Positions 19,417 to 27,285 of a DNA stretch of 64,000 nt are shown one piece after another; position 1 is the first letter of the stretch, and every line of letters starts with the position of its first letter. The DNA comes from Bdellovibrionota bacterium FG-1 (GTDB lineage Bacteria > Bdellovibrionota > UBA1018). Both the position numbers and the translations under genes were made by a program. Where the stretch lies: positions 1,074 to 65,073 of the forward strand of contig JBBCAW010000022.1 in the NCBI GenBank assembly GCA_051382295.1, read 5' to 3'. The notes under the pieces were generated by a model. That model had not been told where the DNA came from, searched no databases, and saw nothing but the letters and a program-made list of their open reading frames with translations.

Positions 19417-20048
19417 TGGAGTTTAGGTAGCGCCTTGCGATCAATCGTATGTCCCGTGAGAAGCTGGATGAGGAGGAGCCATTTCGTTTCCAACTCCTGC
19501 ACCTGGTTTGGTTTTGCCTTGCAAGCGAGGATATTAATGATCGATCCGATGATATTTTCGTGGAGAATTTCGGCGATCAACTTGCTGTCGTGCTCGATTT
19601 TGAAAAGGCCCTCTCGCTGTCCCTGTAGAACGTAGCCGTAGTATTTTTGCCGCACTTGTTCCAGGAGGTGTTCATAAATCTTTTGAAAACGTGGATCATG
19701 GGTGGAGGTGTAGTAAAGGAAAATAATCAGGGCGGCTTCACTCTTGAATTGGGTAGCCCAGTGGTAATTGGCATAAAAATTTTTAACCAACACGTTCAGG
19801 GCGCTATCGGTCACGGTCAGGTCCGCCCGTACGATTTGCATCATATGATCCAAGATGTGCTCGACGCATGCATGAAGGAGTGCATACTTATCTTCAAAAT
19901 GATGAAAAATCGCCGTTTGGCCAATGCGGCAAGAGGTGGCGATCTTTTGAAACGAGGTCTGGGCGAAGCCAAATCGATAAAATAGCCCGATACTGGCTAC
20001 CACGATTTTTTCGCGAGTTCGGTCCCCTTTGGATGCCTTACGAATCAT
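19392..20048 (-). CDS. TetR/AcrR family transcriptional regulator
   Basis: N-terminal HTH TREKIVVASIGLFYRFGFAQTSFQKIATSCRIGQTAIFHHF, 218 aa. Confidence 0.9.
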   Translation of the reverse strand: MIRKASKGDRTREKIVVASIGLFYRFGFAQTSFQKIATSCRIGQTAIFHHFEDKYALLHACVEHILDHMMQIVRADLTVTDSALNVLVKNFYANYHWATQFKSEAALIIFLYYTSTHDPRFQKIYEHLLEQVRQKYYGYVLQGQREGLFKIEHDSKLIAEILHENIIGSIINILACKAKPNQVQELETKWLLLIQLLTGHTIDRKALPKLHHGAAKKA

Positions 20049-20063
20049 TCAATATTTTCCATT

Positions 20064-20115
20064 AACTTAGTATTACTCATTTTGATTTGACAGTAACTAA
20101 GTTTTATTTTACACT
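20064..20115 (+). promoter_or_regulatory. Sigma-70-like promoter overlapped by an inverted repeat (probable TetR operator)
   Basis: AACTTAGT (20064-20071) / ACTAAGTT (20096-20103) inverted repeat. TTGACA (20087-20092), 17-nt spacer, TACACT (20110-20115). Lies in the tetR-divergent intergenic region. Confidence 0.45.
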
Positions 20116-20176
20116 GCGCGTCATTCAGATCGTTCAAGGGCAATACCGCCCACGGCCCTGAGTGTTTGGAGTTCAA

Positions 20177-20527
20177 ATGTTTAAGAAAATCGCCTCGATG
20201 ATGGTTCTCGCCTCTTTCATCAACCTGTCTGCTGCACTTGCGCAGGAATGCTCTTTCGATACTGCCCAAGCGGTGGCTATTCAGAAAATTCAAAATCCGG
20301 TAGGGCCGCAAATGGACCCGGACCACCTGGTCAAGTCCGTCACTCAGATCGAAGGCTCCATCAGTGCGACCCCGGTAAACACCGGAGGTGGCTGGGATGA
20401 TTTCAAGGGCCCTAGGATCTATAACGTCCCCTTCTCGGCCATTCTGGATCCAGCAATGGTCACAAAAATCGAGTGGTCGGCAAAGTCACGGTTTCTTCAG
20501 ACTGCAAAAGCGCGACAATTGAAATGA
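20177..20527 (+). CDS. Small secreted hypothetical protein
   Basis: ATG at 20177 sits 6 nt after GGAG. Signal peptide MFKKIASMMVLASFINLSAALA. Confidence 0.5.
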   Translation: MFKKIASMMVLASFINLSAALAQECSFDTAQAVAIQKIQNPVGPQMDPDHLVKSVTQIEGSISATPVNTGGGWDDFKGPRIYNVPFSAILDPAMVTKIEWSAKSRFLQTAKARQLK

Positions 20528-20567
20528 GCGCGGTGATGCGTTGGACGGAATAAAAAGGAGACTGACC

Positions 20568-21068
20568 ATGCGATTGCACCATGTATTTCTGTTCTCTTCT
20601 CTCCTGGTCTCATCCGTGGGCTGGTCGAATGATGTTCAGCCCGCTACGACGTACGCTCAACTCGCTCAGCTTTTTCAGCTAAGTGGGGCCCCCGTCACGG
20701 AAGAAATGAGGCCTTTGCTCTCCGGGCGCTGCTACTGGAGCAATGACCCGGCCCACGCAGTTGCTGGTCTGATCGCTTATCGCAGGTGGCCGGAGGGAGT
20801 GGGCGTCAAGATGATCCCACTCCTGAGCGACTTCGATGAACCCGGCTTTTTTGACCGACTGAACTCGGGCCAAAGGGAAGTTCTCGAAAAAATACTGAAA
20901 GACCACGAAGTAGACATGACTCCCGTCAGAAAATTGGAGACCTCGTGGAACTTCAAGAATGCAAAAAACCTCGTCTCGTACGAAATCAGACGCAGTCCAG
21001 AAGGGCTTTTGCTGATCAAGGCAAAAACACTCCTGTGTTACTACTTTCGGGAACCAGGCACGCACTGA
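20568..21068 (+). CDS. Secreted hypothetical protein
   Basis: ATG at 20568 is preceded by AAAAGGAG. Signal peptide MRLHHVFLFSSLLVSSVGWS. Confidence 0.5.
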   Translation: MRLHHVFLFSSLLVSSVGWSNDVQPATTYAQLAQLFQLSGAPVTEEMRPLLSGRCYWSNDPAHAVAGLIAYRRWPEGVGVKMIPLLSDFDEPGFFDRLNSGQREVLEKILKDHEVDMTPVRKLETSWNFKNAKNLVSYEIRRSPEGLLLIKAKTLLCYYFREPGTH

Positions 21069-21089
21069 GAGCATTGACCGGCAATTCGA

Positions 21090-21121
21090 GCCTCCGGCGT
21101 TCAAACGCTGGGGGCTTTTTG
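21090..21121 (+). terminator. Rho-independent terminator
   Basis: GCCTCCGGCG-ttcaaa-CGCTGGGGGC hairpin (8 of 10 pairs) followed by TTTTT. Confidence 0.6.
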
Positions 21122-21171
21122 CTGGTGCTTGCCAGACTGGGCCCTGTTTCGGAACCAAATACTGGAGAATT

Positions 21172-21513
21172 TCAAATAGCCTTTTTGAGTCTCGACTCGA
21201 TCAACTTATTCAGACTCACTCCCTCAATGTTCGCTCTTGATGCCAGATCCCGATGCAACGTGGGTTCGATTCGAAGAGGAATCTTGCCAGAGAACTTGCT
21301 TTCAGCAAGAGGCTTGGGGACTGGAAGGCCGCGGCGCTTCAGGCTTTCGATGAATCCCTCAATAATTTCGTGAGCCATTTGCAATGCGTGCTCAGGTGTT
21401 TCTCCATGCGTGACACAGCCAGGAAGCTCTGGCACACGAACAAGATAGGCTTCGTCCTCCGGACTCCAATTAATCTCTATCTTGTATTTAAAATTAATCC
21501 TCATTTTTTTCAT
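21172..21513 (-). CDS. hicB: HicB-family antitoxin with C-terminal ribbon-helix-helix
   Basis: WSPEDEAYLVRVPELPGCVTHGETPEHAL (HicB RNase-H-like fold motif) plus RHH-like IPLRIEPTLHRDLASRANIEGVSLNKLI. Confidence 0.9.
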   Translation of the reverse strand: MKKMRINFKYKIEINWSPEDEAYLVRVPELPGCVTHGETPEHALQMAHEIIEGFIESLKRRGLPVPKPLAESKFSGKIPLRIEPTLHRDLASRANIEGVSLNKLIESRLKKAI

Positions 21514-21742
21514 CTAATTCCTCTTTCAGTAAAAGTACCGAGCATGCTTGTTTCACCTGATAAGGTTTCAAATCTTTGGAATGAGTAGCAAAAACGAAGG
21601 TGAGCAGTCCTTTCTCCCAAAACTCGTGACTGCCTTTTACACGGTCTAGCACCCACCCCTCGTGTTTGAGCAAAGTGCGAAGCTCTCGCCCATCGATACT
21701 TCCTGCCTCTAGTTTAGCTTTGAGTTTGGTAGCTTTGGTCAC
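21494..21742 (-). CDS. hicA: HicA-family mRNA interferase toxin
   Basis: RELRTLLKHEGWVLDRVKGSHEFW is the HicA signature. The ORF opens at TTG 21790, but in-frame GTG at 21742 gives the typical ~80 aa. Overlaps hicB by 20 nt. Confidence 0.8.
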   Translation of the reverse strand: MTKATKLKAKLEAGSIDGRELRTLLKHEGWVLDRVKGSHEFWEKGLLTFVFATHSKDLKPYQVKQACSVLLLKEELDEKNED

Positions 21743-21761
21743 ATTTTTTAACCCAAGATAG

Positions 21762-21785
21762 ATGATATCAACTATGATATCAACT
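21762..21785. promoter_or_regulatory. Tandem 12-bp repeat (ATGATATCAACT x2), probable HicB/RHH operator
   Basis: Exact tandem copies at 21762-21773 and 21774-21785, each containing the palindrome GATATC, immediately upstream of hicA. Confidence 0.4.
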
Positions 21786-21860
21786 TGCAAGAACGTTTTT
21801 TTCGGCGCAACGACAAAGAGGTGAGGGTTTTATAACGCAAGAAAGTAAACGATGCGGAAC

Positions 21861-21878
21861 AACACCGACGTCGGTGTT
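21861..21878. repeat. 18-bp perfect palindrome AACACCGACGTCGGTGTT, copy a
   Basis: Read directly from the sequence. Intergenic between hicA and the 22028 operon. Confidence 0.9.
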
Positions 21879-22027
21879 CATTCCCTGAGCCGCAACGAGT
21901 ATGGCCCGTAATGGCATCAGCAACAGCGGTTTTACAGGGGCTCTCGGTAAAAGAGTCAACGCCTTGACACGTTCCTGTTGCAAACCCTCAAGTACGACAA
22001 CTCCATAGACGATAAGTCCAGAGGACC

Positions 22028-23392
22028 ATGAGGATCGCACACCCCGGGCTAGCCCTTCTGAGGATATTTGCCATCACCAGTCTTTTGACTGGGGCGTTTG
22101 GGGGGCTAAGCTTTGCCGATCCACCGCCGCTGACCTATATTCCGTATCGTGAAGCCGCCAACGGCCTCTCCCAGAAAGAAGCCGAAGGCCTCAAAAGCGT
22201 CTACGATTCCTATCGCGTGATCGACCTCGATCACAGCAACTTCACCCAGGTCGAATCGTGGTTTGACAAGCTCAACGAGCGCCTCACTGCGGCAGTAGAG
22301 AAGCAAGGCACCGCGTTTCCGCGTTACAAGATTTCACTCATGGCATCCGCTGAACCCACGGGCTTTATCTACAAAAGTCAGGTACCGGGACAGAAGGTTT
22401 TTCGGGGTCACGTATTTGTAAGTGTCGGACTGATCGGGCAGATGCTCGACACGATGGGCGCGGACCCAAAGCATTTGAAGCCGGAGGAAGTGGATCAACT
22501 CCTCAATGGTCTTGAAGGCGTCATCTCGCATGAGTTCAGCCATCCCAAGCAGGACGAGCTTGTCAAATGGAGCTGGCGCGCCGAGCAGGGAGGTTCGCGA
22601 CAAAACCATGGACAAGTCGACGAAATGTCGACCGATATCATGAGCCTTCGCGTAGCCAAAGATGCCAAGATTGATCCTAAAAACGTGCTCAACGGCCTCG
22701 AATTGGTGATGGGTCAGCGGCCCGACAACCGCACATTGGGACAAAAGGCCGCTTCGGCGGCGGTGTCAACCCACCCTCAAGCCAACCTTCGACTCAACCT
22801 GGTGCGGGCCGGTTTGACCAAGATGCGGATGGATGAGGGCAGGGCGACGGTTGAACCTATTCCGTATAATCCAAGCGCGATGACTCATGAGCTTGAACAG
22901 GTTCTGGTGCTGAAACAAACAGACGCACGTCTGGAAATGGAACCTCGGAGAAAACCGGGAAGTCTTTTTTCGAATACACTGCATGCGCTGCAGGAGGAGC
23001 TTGCAAAACCAAGGGGATATTCCGAATCGTTTGATCCTATCGCAACTCTTCGAGAATATTATCGAGTGTTACAAAAGGCCGAGCGGGAGGCCGGTCGACT
23101 TTCAGACTCCGAGATCCATGATTTTGTCCAACACATCGAATTCATGTTACGTCGGGGACGTTTCGGGCTTGTTTCTAATTACAATGCTTGGCAGACCTCA
23201 TCAGGAGGTCAAAGCGGAAACGGTATACGTCCCTCTTTAGCCAATATTCGCAGTGTCCTAAGAGAAACGGGGCGAATCGAGGCGTTTAAAGATCCTCGAT
23301 TTCAGGCCTGGTTTGAAAGCATAAGACGATCAGGAGAGCTGCAGAAGCTCATTCTTTTAAAAACGGATCATCAGGCCGATGAAAAGTTTTAA
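22028..23392 (+). CDS. Secreted putative zinc metalloprotease (HExxH)
   Basis: Signal peptide and a single HEFSH motif (GVISHEFSHPKQDE). No firm family assignment; M48-like at best. Confidence 0.5.
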   Translation: MRIAHPGLALLRIFAITSLLTGAFGGLSFADPPPLTYIPYREAANGLSQKEAEGLKSVYDSYRVIDLDHSNFTQVESWFDKLNERLTAAVEKQGTAFPRYKISLMASAEPTGFIYKSQVPGQKVFRGHVFVSVGLIGQMLDTMGADPKHLKPEEVDQLLNGLEGVISHEFSHPKQDELVKWSWRAEQGGSRQNHGQVDEMSTDIMSLRVAKDAKIDPKNVLNGLELVMGQRPDNRTLGQKAASAAVSTHPQANLRLNLVRAGLTKMRMDEGRATVEPIPYNPSAMTHELEQVLVLKQTDARLEMEPRRKPGSLFSNTLHALQEELAKPRGYSESFDPIATLREYYRVLQKAEREAGRLSDSEIHDFVQHIEFMLRRGRFGLVSNYNAWQTSSGGQSGNGIRPSLANIRSVLRETGRIEAFKDPRFQAWFESIRRSGELQKLILLKTDHQADEKF

Positions 23393-25106
23393 CTTCAAGG
23401 CAATCGATACTCATACCATCAATCTACTTTCAATGACGAGCGTGTTGGTTGAGCACCTTCCGAATCGGGACAAGTTGCGGCTCTTACAATACATCATGGA
23501 ACCTAAAGGTGAACTGACCCAAGAAATCCCCTCCTTATCCAAGGCGAAGGATGCCATTCAGAAGGCCTATAATGAGGCTACCGGACAAAGAATGCTTGAG
23601 TCCGACTACCGGGACATGCTGGAGAAACTTGAGGGCTTCATACGCGACTCCAGCGAAAGTGAGAGACTCATTTTGAACGAGATGATTGTCGGCACTCGAG
23701 GGCGGGGTCTTTGGTATCAGGGCGACGAAATGGTTAAGGCGTTATATGGACTGGCGGGGATTGATGCAAAAAAACTTCCGCTTTTTAAGGCCTATATCGC
23801 GGCGTTACCGGTTCACGAACGCACAATGGCCATGTCGTATCTGCTTTCGACCCAAACCGGCGAACAGGCTAATGAACCAGGTGCGCAGCTGCTGCGGATG
23901 ATGGAACTTCACAAAACCCCAGGGATCAAATTCGCGCAGATGGCGTCCATTCTCGGGATCTTCGGTCCTGAAGAATCTCACACGCTCGCAAAAGCAAAGG
24001 ACCGCTCCTCACCCATTTCATTGGCCGAGACCTACGAACAGCTCCGCGAAGTCTATACGCCCGAGCAATTCGCCAGGGTTAAAAGAGTCAAAAAGCTCGC
24101 AGGATCAGGGGGCATTAAGCACGTGGTTTTTGTCGAATTTAACGACGGCACCACCGAAGCGGTCTACCTCAAGCGCAAGTTCCTCGAAGAGACCATTGAC
24201 GACACGCTGGGGATCGTCACCGAGTTCACAAAGCAGCTCCAAGCTTATCCTGAATACGCCACGGCCTACGAATACGATTACTACCTCGAAACCCTTCGCA
24301 AACAACTCACTGAAGAAGTGAAATTCAAGCGCGAGCTAAACCTCTCTCAAGAAATGCAGGCGCTTTACAAAAAAGTGCCAGCGGTCAACGGTTGGAAGTT
24401 TGAACCGGTACCAGCTTCGACCCTTCGTCCGCAAACGGAACAGGTTCTGCACTTCAAAGCGATCGATGGCGTTGTGCCTTTTGAGCAGCTTTCCGCCGCA
24501 GATCAACGGGCAGTCTCGGAACTACTCGTTCAGACAGAACTTGACCTCTTACTCAAAGAGGGGCGGTTCGATGCGGATAGGCATCTGGGAAATTATCTTT
24601 TTGATCCAAAAACCAAGCGTGTTTACGCGATCGATTTTTCACAGGTCTATGGACTCAAGCGCGGAAATCTGCTGGAGCCCGGGGACCGGGTCTATCTGGC
24701 TAGGATTTTGCGTGCCCTGAGTTCCGAGAACAAAGAGGCTGCCGCCCGCGAACTCAGTGAGGTATTTATTGCGGTGGCTGAAAATCGAAAACAACTCCCT
24801 GCTGAGGCTCAAGCTCAGCTGCAAGCCAAGTTACTGAAGATCCTCCAGGGGCCGAGTGAAATCCGAGGAAAGATTCTTGCTCTTTTGGGCGAGCTCACCC
24901 AACAAAAGGTACACCTGCCGCTGCGCTATAGCCTCGGCATATTCAAGGGCGTTCTGATTGTGACCAACGAAGAATACGCCAAGCTTGTGCCGGCCGGCAT
25001 GATCGAAGACCGGCTCAAGGCCTTCGCCAAGAAAGCGCTCGTCCTCGATGCCCTGAGTAACCCCGGGCGTTGTTTGAGGAATGTTTTGGGGTGGCTGGAA
25101 AGATAG
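23379..25106 (+). CDS. ABC1/UbiB-family atypical protein kinase
   Basis: IKFAQMASILGIFGPEE (the KxGQxxS motif region), catalytic-loop-like DADRHLGNYLF and AIDFSQV. Overlaps the upstream gene by 14 nt. Confidence 0.7.
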   Translation: MKSFNFKAIDTHTINLLSMTSVLVEHLPNRDKLRLLQYIMEPKGELTQEIPSLSKAKDAIQKAYNEATGQRMLESDYRDMLEKLEGFIRDSSESERLILNEMIVGTRGRGLWYQGDEMVKALYGLAGIDAKKLPLFKAYIAALPVHERTMAMSYLLSTQTGEQANEPGAQLLRMMELHKTPGIKFAQMASILGIFGPEESHTLAKAKDRSSPISLAETYEQLREVYTPEQFARVKRVKKLAGSGGIKHVVFVEFNDGTTEAVYLKRKFLEETIDDTLGIVTEFTKQLQAYPEYATAYEYDYYLETLRKQLTEEVKFKRELNLSQEMQALYKKVPAVNGWKFEPVPASTLRPQTEQVLHFKAIDGVVPFEQLSAADQRAVSELLVQTELDLLLKEGRFDADRHLGNYLFDPKTKRVYAIDFSQVYGLKRGNLLEPGDRVYLARILRALSSENKEAAARELSEVFIAVAENRKQLPAEAQAQLQAKLLKILQGPSEIRGKILALLGELTQQKVHLPLRYSLGIFKGVLIVTNEEYAKLVPAGMIEDRLKAFAKKALVLDALSNPGRCLRNVLGWLER

Positions 25107-25126
25107 ACATCACGTGTTAGTTAAAG

Positions 25127-25381
25127 ATGAAAAAGGTCACCGCAATTGAGGTTGTTTCCGGCTTCTGTCTCAAACTAACTTACGCAGATGGAAGATCGAT
25201 CCAAGTAGACTTTACGAGCAAAATTCAAAAAGGCACTGTCACGGCACCTCTTGCAGAGCCAGGGGTTTTCAAGCGGGTGAAAATCGCCTGCGAAGGCAGA
25301 GCACTTGAGTGGCCGGGTGAGGTAGATTTTTGTGCAGATGCCCTGTGGTTCGAGGGATCTGGGGAAGTGAATACAAAATGA
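25127..25381 (+). CDS. DUF2442-domain protein
   Basis: 84 aa. VTAIEVVSGFCLKLTYADGRSIQVDF...LEWPGEVDFCADALW matches the DUF2442 pattern. Lies 20 nt after the kinase stop. Confidence 0.8.
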   Translation: MKKVTAIEVVSGFCLKLTYADGRSIQVDFTSKIQKGTVTAPLAEPGVFKRVKIACEGRALEWPGEVDFCADALWFEGSGEVNTK

Positions 25382-25421
25382 CCGTGAATGTGCTTCGTGT
25401 CGCAACCTGCTCGCGCACCGC

Positions 25422-25439
25422 AACACCGACGTCGGCGCT
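25422..25439. repeat. 18-bp palindrome family, copy b (AACACCGACGTCGGCGCT, 2 mismatches)
   Basis: Read directly from the sequence, 41 nt after the DUF2442 stop. Shares the right flank CATTCnnnGAGCC with copy a. Confidence 0.85.
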
Positions 25440-25458
25440 CATTCTTCGAGCCAGCGGG

Positions 25459-25634
25459 ATTTACTGCCGCGAAACGGCAGCTCAGGCCTTTAGCCTCCTA
25501 CCCAACTCCGTTTACTGCCTCAGGTCGGCAGTAGAAGTCTTTGTCCCCCCACTGAAACCAATCTACTGCCGCTAGACGGCAGAAAATCCTGTTCACTACC
25601 CCCTCAAACCGATTTACTGCCTCGCTCCGGCAGT
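25459..25634. repeat. Phased tandem array: four ACTGCC-N7-GGCAG dyads with an exact 51-bp period
   Basis: ACTGCC starts at 25463, 25514, 25565 and 25616. Spacers are always 7 nt and differ in sequence. The 51-bp units are about 60% identical overall (31 of 51 counted for units 2 vs 3). Confidence 0.9.
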
Positions 25635-25802
25635 TGAGGCAACTCATCGCCGGGAACCCCAGGAGTCTTCGCACCGGGAACCTTTTTTTCGTCTACCCTT
25701 TTGACACCCGCCCACTCTTCGATACAAATTCCAAACCCCCGCTACTCGGGCTCGATCAATTTACTTCATCCATTTCATACACTTAGTTTGGGTATGTCAC
25801 GC

Positions 25803-25818
25803 TGGCACCACCCCTGCA
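25803..25818 (+). promoter_or_regulatory. Sigma-54 (-24/-12) promoter candidate
   Basis: TGGCACcacccCTGCA with correct GG-N10-GC spacing, 45 nt upstream of the ATG at 25863. Confidence 0.6.
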
Positions 25819-25862
25819 ATGTTCGGCATTAAGAACAAGTTACTTTTAAGTGGAGTACCCTT

Positions 25863-26522
25863 ATGAGTCGTATTAGAAAAATGAACTTTGTCGGATTTAC
25901 CGCGACCGGCGTGGCGATTTTGGCCTCGACCCTTTTTCTGGTCGGATGCGGCCAACCTCCCCAGGCCTCCGTCACTGTCGCTGCTCCGGCGCCAAAAGCC
26001 GTGGTCAGTACCGATACCACCACCCCTGCTCCGGCACCGGCCCCCGTGGTACCCATTGCCCCCCCAAAAAATCCGGGCGACATCAACGACCTTTCGTTTT
26101 TTCCCCAGGAGGAGCTTGCCGCGATCATGGGAAATTACGGCGGCACCCTAAAATTTACCGATGCCAATGGGCAAGATTTCGAACAACCCTACACCGTTTC
26201 GATCTCCCAAGTGACCTTGGCCGATCAGCCTGGAAAGAAATTTGCCCAAATTTCATTTTCCTCCGGAAATTTACGCTTCCAATCCGTTTCAATGGTTCGA
26301 TACTTTCCGGGGTATTTTAATGGCATAGGGTCAACCTATAGCGTTGAGTCCTTTTCGCAAAAATCGCAAGGACTGGACTCCAACGGCGCCGTGAATCTCA
26401 TTTTCCAGGTCTCCTTAGGATATAATAAAGTGTTTGATCCGAATGGGTCCACGATAGACATTGTGGATGCATGGTCTCTCCAATCCGTCGTGGACTTCTA
26501 CGACGATTTGGAGAAACGCTAA
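25863..26522 (+). CDS. Lipoprotein, unknown function
   Basis: Lipobox LFLVGC, a Pro/Ala/Thr-rich linker and a ~140-aa C-terminal domain. Confidence 0.6.
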   Translation: MSRIRKMNFVGFTATGVAILASTLFLVGCGQPPQASVTVAAPAPKAVVSTDTTTPAPAPAPVVPIAPPKNPGDINDLSFFPQEELAAIMGNYGGTLKFTDANGQDFEQPYTVSISQVTLADQPGKKFAQISFSSGNLRFQSVSMVRYFPGYFNGIGSTYSVESFSQKSQGLDSNGAVNLIFQVSLGYNKVFDPNGSTIDIVDAWSLQSVVDFYDDLEKR

Positions 26523-26649
26523 ACCTCCCCCCCTCAAACTCCCTCCGGGGCCCGCCCAGCGCTCGAAAGGTGTTGGAACTCGGATCAGCGGGCCCCGCCC
26601 CCCCCTTTCACCCTTTCCAGACCCCCTCATTCCGGGGTAAACTGCTCCT

Positions 26650-27285
26650 ATGCGCGAGCACCCGTGGAATCAGCGTCGAGTCACCCACCGACATTTGCAC
26701 GATGAGCAAAATCTCCGCGATCTTCATGCCCTGACGGAGTCCTGGATCAATGCGATACCCCAGGGCGCTGCCTCGAACTCCCCTCACCCTTTCGATCAAA
26801 ATCCTTCTCTCGAAGATGATACCACGCCCGAGGATGTGCTCGTTCGGTTGGAATTAGCCGTTCACTCCGCCCAGGCGGAGATCCTTCGTGTCCGCCTACC
26901 GGACCGAGAACTTTTGAAAGACCTGTCCTGGAATGCCGGCAAATTTTGCGCCTCCCACCGCTGGGCGGATACCCTCACCCGACGAAATTCCTCATTAGCA
27001 CCGGCCGACAAACGAGCGCTTCTACTCGCATTATGCCATAGTCCGCTCAGCTATCGCCTCGGGGCCGATGCCTTTTTAGTTCGCCGCGCTTTAACTTCAG
27101 AAGTTTGCATCGAACTCCTTCAATGCCCCCATAGGTGGTCTGAAACAGTTCAAATGGATCAAGCTACCCGCGATGAACTTTGCCAACAACAATTTCATTG
27201 GCTGTGCGGTTACTTCACCCCTCTCGCTCCGTCGGTAACGCCCCAAATCTCTCGATCAGGGAGCAGGTGTATCCTCCAGTGGTAA
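26650..27285 (+). CDS. Hypothetical protein
   Basis: 211-aa ORF with no motif recognised. Its stop overlaps the proposed GTG start of the next gene (GTGGTAA). Confidence 0.45.
   Translation: MREHPWNQRRVTHRHLHDEQNLRDLHALTESWINAIPQGAASNSPHPFDQNPSLEDDTTPEDVLVRLELAVHSAQAEILRVRLPDRELLKDLSWNAGKFCASHRWADTLTRRNSSLAPADKRALLLALCHSPLSYRLGADAFLVRRALTSEVCIELLQCPHRWSETVQMDQATRDELCQQQFHWLCGYFTPLAPSVTPQISRSGSRCILQW

Noticed and set aside
25459-25634. Possible mini-CRISPR array (regular repeat/spacer look).
   Set aside because: The period is only 51 bp. The 'repeats' are conserved only in their dyad half-sites and vary in the middle. The 'spacers' are homologous to each other. There are only four units, and no cas genes or leader-like region lie nearby.
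26547-26597. GGGGCCCGC / GCGGGCCCC 9-bp inverted repeat after the lipoprotein gene, as an intrinsic terminator.
   Set aside because: The loop is 33 nt and the stem is followed by a C-run rather than a T-run. It may still form a structure, but it does not fit a rho-independent terminator.
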